NCBI GenBank assembly: GCA_963755915.1
Contig: CAVWLP010000003.1
Coordinates: forward strand, 768,001-832,000
Direction of reading: 5' to 3'
From: an uncultured Phycisphaerales bacterium
GTDB taxonomy: Bacteria > Planctomycetota > Phycisphaerae > Tepidisphaerales > Tepidisphaeraceae
DNA: 64,000 bases
This document shows positions 41,513 through 51,077 of the stretch, piece after piece (position 1 is the stretch's first letter; every line of letters starts with the position of its first letter). The notes under the pieces were generated by a model. It was given only the letters and a program-made list of their open reading frames with translations. It made no database searches and was not told the origin of the DNA. Made by a program: the position numbers and the translations under genes.

Positions 41513-42376
41513 TCAGGGCTTCGCGAGAGGGACGGTCACGTACGCCGTCATGCCGACGGCAAGGGCGCGGTCGGAATTGTCGCACCGAATGCGGACTTCA
41601 AACGTGCGGATATCCCGCTTGGTCCGGCTCACGTCGCGCTGGGTGGCAAAGTCGGCGTCGACTCCCCGGTAAAAAACCGTCCCCTCACGCGTGGCCCCCG
41701 AAGGGAGCGTAACCATAAGCTTGTCCCCGAGCCGAATCCGGTCGATATACGTCTCTTCGACGTCCGCCCGCACCCAAAGGTCGTCCTGGTTGATCAGCGT
41801 AACGATCGCCTGCCCCGGATTGACGACTTCCCCCTCAAGCGCCGCCCGCGTGTCCACGATCGCATCCATCGGCGCGGTGATATCGGTGTAACTGAGCATC
41901 ACCTCCGCCTTTTTCTTTTGCGCCGCCGCCCCCTCCACCTGCTTCTTCAGCGATTCCACCCGCGCCACTGCCGCATCGTAGTTCGACTTCGCCTGCTCGA
42001 AATCCTGCGTCGAAACCGCCTGCTGCTTGTACAGCGGCTCATCGCGCTCGTAGGTGGCCTTGGCAAATTCCAGGTCGGCCTGCGCCTCCTTCACCTGCGA
42101 CGAGATCTGCTGCTGCGCCATGTCGTAATAAGCCAGATCGGCCTCCTGCGTAAGCGGCAGGATGACCGCCAGCGTCTGGCCCTTTTTAACCGTGTCCCCT
42201 TCCTGAACCAGCAGTTTCTGAATCTGCCCCTGAATTTGCGCACTGACGATGACTTCATCGGTAGTAACGATCCCGGTCAGGTTAATTTCGCTCGGCTCCC
42301 GTGTCGCGAAATAGTAGATCACCCACGCAGCGAGCGCAGCCAGCACAATCAACAGAGGAACTTTGCGCTTTTTCAT
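41513..42376 (-). CDS. HlyD-family periplasmic adaptor
   Basis: VQEGDTVKKGQ, ITAPMDA, GEVVNPG. Confidence 0.92.
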   Translation of the reverse strand: MKKRKVPLLIVLAALAAWVIYYFATREPSEINLTGIVTTDEVIVSAQIQGQIQKLLVQEGDTVKKGQTLAVILPLTQEADLAYYDMAQQQISSQVKEAQADLEFAKATYERDEPLYKQQAVSTQDFEQAKSNYDAAVARVESLKKQVEGAAAQKKKAEVMLSYTDITAPMDAIVDTRAALEGEVVNPGQAIVTLINQDDLWVRADVEETYIDRIRLGDKLMVTLPSGATREGTVFYRGVDADFATQRDVSRTKRDIRTFEVRIRCDNSDRALAVGMTAYVTVPLAKP

Positions 42377-42391
42377 GCCCTTCTTAAATCG

Positions 42392-43338
42392 TCATTTCGC
42401 CAGCTCGGCTAGAAGCCGGAATTTCAATTCGTTGTGCTCGTAGGCCACCTCGTGCCCGTGAAACGGATAAACCTCCATCTGTTTCTCCGCCGTGATGTGA
42501 TTGTAGACACCGTAGATGGAGCTTGGCGGGCAGATATTATCCCACAAGCCATTGGAAATGACGGTTTTGCAGGCAATCCACGGGGCAAGATTCAGGCAAT
42601 CAAAATAACTCAGCGTCCGCAGCGCCTCTTCATATAGATGGGGAAACGAACGTAGAAAGCCGGTGATTTCCGGATACGGCCCCGCCGCCGCGATATTAAT
42701 CGACCGGCGGAAGTCGCACAGAAATGGAATGTCCGAAAGCGCCAGCACCGGCTTTCGCGACAGCGCCGCCACCGCCAGCGTAAGGCCCCCACCCTGGCTG
42801 ACACCCGCAATCGCGATCCGCGCCGAATCGGTTTCATCCCGCCGCGCCAGCACTTCCAGTGCCCGCACCGCATCCGCGTAAACATTGCGGTAGTAATAGG
42901 TCCGCGGATCGCGAATCCCCGCGGTCATCCACCCCATGTGATGCCCCTCGGGATAGACGGCCGTGTCCTGCGACTGCCCGTTCTGTCCCCGGCAATCCAT
43001 GCTCAGCACGCACATTCCCTGGGCGGCAAACGGAATCAGATCCAGCGGCCGCGGCGCCCGCCCGCTATACCCGTGATAGACGCACAGCCCCGGAAATTTC
43101 CCCCGCGAATCCGGCCGCAGAAACCACCCCGCCAGCCGCCCGCCCCCAAACCCCTCAAACCGCACCGCAAAACATTCGATCCCCCGCGCCGCAGATCGTA
43201 AGGAATCAGCTCCGCATTCAGCGGCTGCTTGTCCGACTGCGAAAGAGTCGCCTCCCAAAACGTCTGAAAATCTTCCGCACGGTACAGCGCGGGCTTATAC
43301 ACCCGAAGCTGCTCAAGAGGCATGTCGATAGAAGGCAT
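42392..43338 (-). CDS. acetylxylan esterase / cephalosporin-C deacetylase (CE7; frameshift ~43180)
   Basis: DMPLEQLR..Y, DFQTFW, HGY, RGQ, GVSQGGG, CPPSS, GHE. Confidence 0.92.
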
Positions 43339-43356
43339 AGGATGGAAATTCTTCCC

Positions 43357-43384
43357 GTTTAGCCGCGACCCGAAGGGGAGCGCG
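43357..43384 (+). repeat. REP-like element, copy 2 of 32995-33022
   Basis: GTTTAGCCGCGACCCGAAGGGGAGCGCG. Confidence 0.85.
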
Positions 43385-43429
43385 TTATTCGTCCTTCGAG
43401 AAACGCTCCGCGATCATTCTGAAGCGATC

Positions 43430-45112
43430 TCAATTGAAAGTCAAAACCAGCAACGAAACACCCTGCCGCGGCAGATGAATTTGGAGGGAAACTGCACCGT
43501 GGTCAACGAGCACCACCCGCGGATCCCCCATCGTCTGCAACCTTCCCGCCGATTGCAGCGCCGCGTATTGCTCCCGCGTCGGAGGTTGCGGCGACCCCAT
43601 CTGAATCCACGCCGCGTATGCGTTGCTGTGCGACGGATCGATTCGATATTCCGTCACGTGCGCCATCGAAGCCGTCGCCGGAAGATTTGCCAGCGTCATC
43701 TGAACCTCCGCCGCCGGCCCGGGAAGATCGTCATCATGATAGTTCCACGTCAGTACCTCCATCCGATCCCCCGAAATCGTTGCAATCGAGCTCACATCCG
43801 GAGAAGTACGCACTCCGGACTTTTCGACAAACGCCAGCGGCTGCGCCGACGAGCTCTCCACAGCCACCCGGTTGCCATCCATCTTCGCCAGCATCCGAAA
43901 CACATTGAGCACGGGAAGATCGATACCATTCGTCGAAAGAACGCGGTAACCGGCGAAATAAAGTTTGCCTTCAAATTCGAATGCCCAAGTAAGCGCCCCC
44001 AGCAGATTAATCCCGCGCTTGTCGGCAATCATCAGCGTGTGGGCAACCGCCGCCGCCGTATACGAAGCGTAAAGCGTCGAGTTCCGATAGTTAAGCTGCG
44101 GCCCCGTGCAGGCCGCACACCCGTCCGGATCCGATTCCCCGATCACGATCGGCGTATTCTTGAACTGCGGAAACGAGGCAACGGTGGAAAACCCCGACTC
44201 AATATTGTTGAGCTGATTCGACAGCCCCATTCGCACGTGCCCGTCGAGAAACCGCGGCGACCCCTTGGCATGAAACGAAATGAAATCCAGCGGCGCGCCA
44301 TTTTTTCCCGTCGCCTCGTTCGCCCCATCCACGCAGTGTTGTAAAAACGCATGAAGATATTTCCCCCCACCCCCCGCCTGTTCCGGACCGCCCACCCGCG
44401 CCGTCGGCAGCGCCCGCCTCACCCCATCGACCGCATAATCATACAGCTTGAAATACTCCTCCGCCGTCCCGTTCCAGTAGCTGATGTTGGGCTCGTTCCA
44501 CACTTCCCAATACCAGCTCTGCACCTCCGATTTTCCATACCGCGCGATGCAATGGCTCACCCACTGATAAACCAGCTCCCGCCACTTGTTGAAATCCTTC
44601 GGCGGATACGCCTGCCCCCCCGCAACCGGCGTCGGCTTGTTCGGATCGAACGATGTCGGATAAAGATCCGGCCGAACCGTTAGATCCTTCGGCATGAATC
44701 CAATCTGCGCATAAGGCTTCAGCCCGCGCTGCACATACGTGTCAAAAATCCGATCCAGAATCGTCCAGTTGTAAACCGGATTCCCCTGAGCATCCTCCGT
44801 ATACGCGTTCGTCGAGCTCCACTTCAGCGCCGGAATCCCGTCGCCCGAAGTCAGCAGATGATGGCACCGAACATAAACCTGCGGCGGCTGAAGCTCCGAA
44901 AGCTCCGACAGAAGCTGCTGCCCGCCCGGCATAAACGTGAAGTCCGCCTCGTCATATCCGAAAAATCGCCAGATCGGTTTCCACGGGCCAAGAGTTCGCG
45001 AAGCGTTGATGTGAATCGAAACCGGCAAATCCGCCTGGGTGGCAGGCGCATCCGCGCGAACGACGCGGCAAATCACCACAAGCAGCAGCGCAATGGAAGC
45101 CCGTTTGGTCAT
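43430..45112 (-). CDS. GH39 beta-xylosidase
   Basis: Signal peptide; WEVWNEPN, DFISFH, IGESDP, HSNAY. Confidence 0.9.
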   Translation of the reverse strand: MTKRASIALLLVVICRVVRADAPATQADLPVSIHINASRTLGPWKPIWRFFGYDEADFTFMPGGQQLLSELSELQPPQVYVRCHHLLTSGDGIPALKWSSTNAYTEDAQGNPVYNWTILDRIFDTYVQRGLKPYAQIGFMPKDLTVRPDLYPTSFDPNKPTPVAGGQAYPPKDFNKWRELVYQWVSHCIARYGKSEVQSWYWEVWNEPNISYWNGTAEEYFKLYDYAVDGVRRALPTARVGGPEQAGGGGKYLHAFLQHCVDGANEATGKNGAPLDFISFHAKGSPRFLDGHVRMGLSNQLNNIESGFSTVASFPQFKNTPIVIGESDPDGCAACTGPQLNYRNSTLYASYTAAAVAHTLMIADKRGINLLGALTWAFEFEGKLYFAGYRVLSTNGIDLPVLNVFRMLAKMDGNRVAVESSSAQPLAFVEKSGVRTSPDVSSIATISGDRMEVLTWNYHDDDLPGPAAEVQMTLANLPATASMAHVTEYRIDPSHSNAYAAWIQMGSPQPPTREQYAALQSAGRLQTMGDPRVVLVDHGAVSLQIHLPRQGVSLLVLTFN

Positions 45113-45151
45113 ATCGGCTGGTCGATGGAAATGATAACCGCAATCGCGGCG

Positions 45152-45541
45152 TCAGGCGCGATGGGCGTTGGCTGTCCGCATTTTCTTCGGATCCACGATC
45201 TGAACAAAATCCGCCGCCAGCGCGAATTCCCCGTGTTTTCCCCGCATGCACCGCGTCACCCGGCATCGAATGAAAAGGTCCGGCCCTTCGCGCACGGGGA
45301 TGCTAAGCAGAAAACTCGAGAACGGCATCAGCGCCTGCGGCGCCGACATCCCGGCCGTCTCCGCGGAAATGTCCTTAAGCGTGACATGAATTCCAGTTCC
45401 GATCAGCTCGTCCTCGATCGGAAAAATCATTGCCGGGGTTTGCAGCTCGATCCGCCCCAGCGCGCGCTTATGCCCCGACCCGGAAAATCGCGCCACCGGA
45501 CGGTCGATGATCTGCAGGAGGATTTTCACGGGCAAACGCAT
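45152..45541 (-). CDS. PilZ-like domain protein
   Basis: RxxxR (RALGR) and a degenerate DxSxxG (DISAETAG); beta-rich C-terminus CRVTRC. Confidence 0.65.
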   Translation of the reverse strand: MRLPVKILLQIIDRPVARFSGSGHKRALGRIELQTPAMIFPIEDELIGTGIHVTLKDISAETAGMSAPQALMPFSSFLLSIPVREGPDLFIRCRVTRCMRGKHGEFALAADFVQIVDPKKMRTANAHRA

Positions 45542-45617
45542 AAAGCCGTACAGGAGTTATCGGCTGGAAACCGCCCGACTGAAAAAGCCTTCTCGCCAAT
45601 TCCAAATTTCCCGCTAA

Positions 45618-46367
45618 TTACCGGAACAAGCGCTCCGGCGGGCTGATCCGCACGTCCTTCAACCCTGCCGAATATTGAGCGCAGCACGGATTGCAGAGCG
45701 GCAAATTCCCCAGCAAATCGCGGCACAGAATCGAAATCTCCGCGCCAATCTGCCGCCACGGCTCATGCGAAATCCGAAACCGCCGCAGCGTCCCCTTGCG
45801 AAACGTAAACGCACAATATCGCTCGATCAGAAATTCCGTCTCCGACCCCGCCTCCGCTCGCGATGCGCACTCCTCAGTATTCCATCTCGCCATGCAGGAA
45901 AATTCCCCGTCCCCCACCACCCGCCGAATCCCCCAACCCGCCGCCGTCTCATACGCCATCTCCGCCAGCTTATACGGCAGCCCATACAGCCGCGGCCCCA
46001 GAAAAACCGCCAGCGGATTCGGAATCCACTCCGCAAGAAAATAAATCCCCGGCTCACCCTCATGCATGACATACGTCCGCAGATTGAGAAACTCGTGCGT
46101 CGCCAGCGGCCGGCTCAGAAATTCGGGCACCCCAATCGCCGGCCGAAGCCGACGCTGCGTGAAAGCGACAAGACTTACATATGCGCAACCGTTGTACAGA
46201 TCGAGCCGCACCGGCATCATCGCTTCCAGCACGGCAGGATCAAGCCGAAAATGAATAAACAACGCATCCCGCCAATCCGCCACAAACAGCGCCCTATTAT
46301 TGTTACTCTTGTCATTTCCCCTCCCCTGGTACGCCGGGGGAGGGTATGGGTGGGGGCTGGTTCTCAT
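45618..46367 (-). CDS. DUF2071/YqjF-family protein
   Basis: WRDALFIHF, FLNLRTYV, PGIYFL, FLIERY, HEPW. Confidence 0.88.
   Translation of the reverse strand: MRTSPHPYPPPAYQGRGNDKSNNNRALFVADWRDALFIHFRLDPAVLEAMMPVRLDLYNGCAYVSLVAFTQRRLRPAIGVPEFLSRPLATHEFLNLRTYVMHEGEPGIYFLAEWIPNPLAVFLGPRLYGLPYKLAEMAYETAAGWGIRRVVGDGEFSCMARWNTEECASRAEAGSETEFLIERYCAFTFRKGTLRRFRISHEPWRQIGAEISILCRDLLGNLPLCNPCCAQYSAGLKDVRISPPERLFR
46317..46356 (+). repeat. 40-nt palindromic repeat, copy 2 of 24434-24473
   Basis: TCCCCTCCCCTGGTACGCCGGGGGAGGGTATGGGTGGGGG. Confidence 0.8.
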
Positions 46368-46492
46368 GTGAGACTCTCGACTGCATATTCAGATTCACTC
46401 CCGCCCAGTTCAAGCGCCGCTGCATTCTTTCAAAACTTTCATCCGTAGAATCAAACCGTGAAAGTTCCCCGCCCGGCAGTACAATCGCCCCC

Positions 46493-47974
46493 ATGAACCA
46501 CCGGCACGTGCTCAGAGGGTTTCTCGTTCTCACTATTTTTTTTTCAGCATGCACCAGCAAACCCGCCCCCAAGGCCATCAAACCATCCGAGCCTGCGATG
46601 AGCACACCACCCGCCCCACTGCCCTACGTCGTCGTCCAATCCCCAACGACCAAACCAATTCTTGAGCGCAACGAAACCCCCGACCAGCACAACGCCCGCA
46701 TGGCCTGGTGGCGCGCCGCTCGATTCGGAATGTTCATCCACTGGGGAATCTATTCCGTCCCCGCCGGCACCTATCACGGCCAGCGCGTCGCCGGCATCGG
46801 CGAATGGATCATGAACAACGCCTCCATCCCCGTGGCCGAATACGCCTCCTACGCCAACGATTTCACCGCCTCCAATTTCGACGCGGATGAATGGGTCTCC
46901 ATCGCCAAAAACGCCGGCATGAAATACATCGTCATCACTTCCAAGCACCACGACGGCTTCGCGATGTTCCACACCAAGGTCGACAGCTTCAACGTCTACG
47001 ACGCCACCCCCTTCCATCGCGACCCCCTCGCCGAACTCGCCGCCGCCTGCCAGCGCCAGGGAATCAAGCTCGGCTTCTACTACTCCCAGTGCCAGGACTG
47101 GCACCACCCCGGTGGTTACGCCATCAAAACCCACAACCGCACCGCCGAACACTGGGATCCCGCCCAGGAAGGCGACTACGACGCCTACCTCAACAACGTC
47201 GCCGTCCCCCAGGTCCGCGAAATCCTCTCCAACTACGGCCCCATCGCCGTCCTCTGGTTCGACACCGCCCGCGACATGACCCCCGACCGCGCCGAACGAT
47301 TCCTCTCCCTCCTCAGCCTCCAGCCCGACATCATCGTCAACAACCGCCTCGGCGGCGGATTCCGCGGCGACACCGAAACCCCCGAACAGCACATCCCCCC
47401 GCAAGGCTACCCCGGCCGCGACTGGGAAACCTGCATGACCATCAACGACACCTGGGGATATAAATCCTACGATACCGATTTCAAATCCACCGAAACCCTC
47501 CTCCACAACCTCGTCGACATCGCCAGCAAAGGGGGCAACTACCTCCTCAACGTCGGCCCCACCAGCCAGGGCGTCATCCCCCAACCCGAAGTCGATCGCC
47601 TCAAAGCCATCGGCGCGTGGCTGCAGATCAACGGCGAATCCATCTATGGAACCCAGGGCACCCCCTTCGGCGCCGAGGCCGGTCACTTTGACCCCGAGAA
47701 AAAAGACAAGCACGGCAAACCCATCTACGTCACCACCTGGGACTGGCGCTGCACCACCAAACCCGGCAAGCTCTTCATTCACCTGCTACGCTGGCCAAGC
47801 CCCACCTTCCAGCTCACCGGCGTCAAAGGAAAAATCACCCGCGCCTATCTCCTCGCCGATCCCCAGCAAACCAGTCTCGACGTTCTGCAGAATGCCGATT
47901 ACGTTTCGGTCGGTTTACCCCCCGCGCCGCCGGATAATCTGGATTCCGTACTCGTCCTGGAAACCCAGGACTGA
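46493..47974 (+). CDS. GH29 alpha-L-fucosidase (probable lipoprotein)
   Basis: ARFGMFIHWG, TSKHHDGF, LWFD, WETCMT, LLNVGP. Confidence 0.94.
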   Translation: MNHRHVLRGFLVLTIFFSACTSKPAPKAIKPSEPAMSTPPAPLPYVVVQSPTTKPILERNETPDQHNARMAWWRAARFGMFIHWGIYSVPAGTYHGQRVAGIGEWIMNNASIPVAEYASYANDFTASNFDADEWVSIAKNAGMKYIVITSKHHDGFAMFHTKVDSFNVYDATPFHRDPLAELAAACQRQGIKLGFYYSQCQDWHHPGGYAIKTHNRTAEHWDPAQEGDYDAYLNNVAVPQVREILSNYGPIAVLWFDTARDMTPDRAERFLSLLSLQPDIIVNNRLGGGFRGDTETPEQHIPPQGYPGRDWETCMTINDTWGYKSYDTDFKSTETLLHNLVDIASKGGNYLLNVGPTSQGVIPQPEVDRLKAIGAWLQINGESIYGTQGTPFGAEAGHFDPEKKDKHGKPIYVTTWDWRCTTKPGKLFIHLLRWPSPTFQLTGVKGKITRAYLLADPQQTSLDVLQNADYVSVGLPPAPPDNLDSVLVLETQD

Positions 47975-48129
47975 ATGTCGCAATACCTCCTCCACCCGTC
48001 GCATTCCGACTACGAAAATTCCAAAGAAATCCCACAAAGCCCACGCAATTCTGTTGCGATTCTGCACCGCTACAACTTATATATCCTGTTGTCGAATTGA
48101 ACAAAACTGCTCATTCGGGAGGGCCTCGT

Positions 48130-50391
48130 ATGTTGCGAAAGATCACCGTCCCGGCGCTTTCCCCAGCGATCTCCATTGCCACCCTGTTCATCAGCCGCGC
48201 ATTTGCCACTGACTGGTCCTACCTTTCCCAGGGGTCCTTGGCGACCGAACTCACCGGCGGATACGGCGCCGTCGCCGACCCCTCCGACGGAAGCGTCTAT
48301 AACGATGGCGAAGGCGACTACAGCTATCCCGTCATCCTCGATTCCGGGTCCAGCGGCTTCCTCATGAGCCAAACCGTCACCGACGAATTCAACGTCCCGC
48401 TCCAGAGCGGACAAACCTACACCGAAACCGGCATCGGCGGCTCCGAAGTCGAAAACGTCACCGAGCCCCTCATCTCTTATTACGCCCCCGCCAGCGATAC
48501 GAACCCCGATGAAACGTCCACCATGACCGCCTACGGCACCTACACCTTCGAGTCGCGTCAGAGCGATCCCTTCGAGGGGTTCATCTACTTCGACATCATC
48601 GGTACGCCCGTCATTCAAAAGCAGGTGATGGTCGCCAACCCCAACCAGTCATACAACATCGTCCAGGACACCCTCGGCTTCCTCACCGCCGAAACCACCT
48701 TGCAGGCCTCCGATCCGGTTTTGCCTTCCAAGGGCCTCTATCACGTCCCCATCACCTGGACCAACTTCGTCACCGGACCCACCGTTCCCAGCGAAGCCGC
48801 CAATCCCGTCGTCAACGGCGTCACTGCCCGCGGCCCCAGCGATACCGACGTCGCCAACAACTGGCTTTTCGACTCCGGCGCCCAGTTCACCATCATCAGC
48901 CCAACCTACGCCGCTCAGTTGGGCATTAACATGAACGACCCCACCACAACCATTCAGGGCCAGGGCGTCGGTGGATCCACCGTCACTTTCGACGGATTCC
49001 AGATCACCGACATCGCCCTTCCCCTCAGCAACGGCGATCGCCTCGTGTTTAAGGATCCCACCGTCTACGTTCCCGTCGACACGACACTCCCGGCCGGGCT
49101 TACCGGTGTTCTCGGTGAAAACCTCTTTATGCAGGCCACCGATGGGATCGACCCCTACACCGGTGAACCGACGGACACCTACAATCCGCTCTTCTCTGAG
49201 TGGTACCTCGACGGCCCGGGCAGCCAACTCGTCCTTTACGATCCCAACAGCACCTACAACGCCCTCGGCGCTGTCAGCACCACGATCGTCTGGAACAACG
49301 CCGGCGGCCCCGGTGATGGCCATACCTGGGACATCGCCCTCAGCGAAAACTGGAACGCCTCCTCCGCCCTCGCGGTCTACTCCGACGGCGACAGTGTCAT
49401 TTTCAACGACAGCAACAGCGGTAATTATGCCGTCACCCTCAGCACCACCGTCAGCCCCGCCTCCGTGATGGTCAACAACAGCAACGGCAATTACATCTTC
49501 AGCGGCTCCGGCAGCATCGCCGGCACCGGCTCCCTCACCAAAACGGGCACCGGCAACCTCACCCTCGCCACCGCAAACACTTACAGCGGTGGAACCACCG
49601 TCAGCGCCGGAACCCTCTTCGTCGCCGTCAACAACGCCCTTCCCAGCGGCGGAAAAATCTCCGTCAACGGCGGAAACGTCATCCTCGCCGCTGCCCTCAG
49701 CGCCGGCGCCACCGCCATCACCGCCGGCGAAATCCAACTCACCCCCGGTTTAACCCTCGGCAGCGGCGCAACCGCCAGCAACGTCAATTTCGCCTCCCTC
49801 TCCATCACCGGCAATGGCGTCCTGGACCTGACCAACAATCACATCATCATCAGCTACCAGGGTGGTTCCGATCCAATCGCAACCATCGCCTCGTATATTG
49901 CCTCCGGCTACAACAAAGGCCACTGGAACGGACCCGGGATCATCTCCTCGACCGCACGAACGCCAACCAACGGCCTTCTTTACGGCCTCGGCTATGCCGA
50001 CGGCAACGACTTCGTCGTCAAAGGCCTGGCATCCGGATATATCGAAATCAAATACACCCTCTTAGGCGACGCCAACCTCGACGGCGTCGTCAACGGCGCC
50101 GACTTCTCCATCCTCGCCGCCAACTTCGGCCTTGGCGCAACCAACTGGGACCAGGGCAATTTCCTCTACGGCCCCTCCGTCAACGGCGCCGACTTCGCCG
50201 CCCTCGCCGCCAACTTCGGCCAGGGCGACAGCGGCGCCGACCTCACCGGCGATCTCGCCGCCCTCCAGGCCTTCGCCGCCGCCAACGGCCTGCTCGCCGA
50301 TCTCCCCGAACCAGGCTGCTTAAGCATCCTCGCCTTCGCCGGCGCCCTGACGCTTCGCCGAACCAGGGCCAGAGCCGCGCATTTCCAGTAA
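48130..50391 (+). CDS. aspartic-protease-like domain plus beta-strand repeat, dockerin-like domain and PEP-CTERM
   Basis: ILDSGSS...IIG and LFDSGAQ...VLG motifs; GSLTKTGTGNLTL; GDANLDG; LPEP plus TM. Confidence 0.82.
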   Translation: MLRKITVPALSPAISIATLFISRAFATDWSYLSQGSLATELTGGYGAVADPSDGSVYNDGEGDYSYPVILDSGSSGFLMSQTVTDEFNVPLQSGQTYTETGIGGSEVENVTEPLISYYAPASDTNPDETSTMTAYGTYTFESRQSDPFEGFIYFDIIGTPVIQKQVMVANPNQSYNIVQDTLGFLTAETTLQASDPVLPSKGLYHVPITWTNFVTGPTVPSEAANPVVNGVTARGPSDTDVANNWLFDSGAQFTIISPTYAAQLGINMNDPTTTIQGQGVGGSTVTFDGFQITDIALPLSNGDRLVFKDPTVYVPVDTTLPAGLTGVLGENLFMQATDGIDPYTGEPTDTYNPLFSEWYLDGPGSQLVLYDPNSTYNALGAVSTTIVWNNAGGPGDGHTWDIALSENWNASSALAVYSDGDSVIFNDSNSGNYAVTLSTTVSPASVMVNNSNGNYIFSGSGSIAGTGSLTKTGTGNLTLATANTYSGGTTVSAGTLFVAVNNALPSGGKISVNGGNVILAAALSAGATAITAGEIQLTPGLTLGSGATASNVNFASLSITGNGVLDLTNNHIIISYQGGSDPIATIASYIASGYNKGHWNGPGIISSTARTPTNGLLYGLGYADGNDFVVKGLASGYIEIKYTLLGDANLDGVVNGADFSILAANFGLGATNWDQGNFLYGPSVNGADFAALAANFGQGDSGADLTGDLAALQAFAAANGLLADLPEPGCLSILAFAGALTLRRTRARAAHFQ

Positions 50392-50400
50392 TATCCACGA

Positions 50401-50988
50401 ATGCCCAAACCCAACCCCAGGCTCGACCCCTTCTTCAAAAACGCCAAAAAATGGCGCGAAGAACAACAGCGGCTGCGAAAAATCGTCCTCGCCTGCCCCC
50501 TTAACGAAGACATGAAATGGGGCCAACCCTGCTACACGAGTGAAGACAAAAACATCGTCATCATCCACGCCTTCAAGGAATACTGCGCCCTCCTCTTCTT
50601 CAAAGGCGTCCTGTTAAAAGACCCCAAGCGCATCCTCATCCAGCAAACCGAAAACGTCCAATCCGGACGGCAGATCCGTTTCACCAACCTCGATCAAATC
50701 GTCAAACTCGCGTCCACTTTAAAGGCCTATGTTCTCGAAGCCATCGAAGTAGAAAAATCCGGCTTGAAAGTGAAGAAAAAACAGACCTCCGATTTCAAAG
50801 TCCCCGAAGAATTCCAGGCCAGGTTGGACGAACTCCCCGCCCTGAAAGCCGCCTTCAACGCCCTCACCCCCGGCCGCCAGAGAGGCTACCTCCATTTTTT
50901 TTCCAGCGCCAAACAATCCCAAACCCGCGCCGCGAGGGTCGAAAAATATCTGAAGCAAATCCTCAGCGGAAAAGGTTTGGACGATTAG
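50401..50988 (+). CDS. YdeI/OmpD-associated family protein
   Basis: KWGQPCY, LLFFKG.LLKDP, LTPGRQRGY, AKQSQTR. Confidence 0.92.
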   Translation: MPKPNPRLDPFFKNAKKWREEQQRLRKIVLACPLNEDMKWGQPCYTSEDKNIVIIHAFKEYCALLFFKGVLLKDPKRILIQQTENVQSGRQIRFTNLDQIVKLASTLKAYVLEAIEVEKSGLKVKKKQTSDFKVPEEFQARLDELPALKAAFNALTPGRQRGYLHFFSSAKQSQTRAARVEKYLKQILSGKGLDD

Positions 50989-51001
50989 CGCAGTGCCGCC
51001 G

Positions 51002-51055
51002 GACTTCGGCGAGCTCTCTTCGAGCCTGAGCCTCAGAGCCGAAGGCAGTCGTGCC
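51002..51055 (+). repeat. 24-nt element carrying a nested 30-nt palindrome
   Basis: GACTTCGGCGAGCT-[CTCTTCGAGCCTGAGCCTCAGAGCCGAAGG]-CAGTCGTGCC. Confidence 0.78.
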
Positions 51056-51077
51056 GTGTCCTCACCGGCGGATTCCT

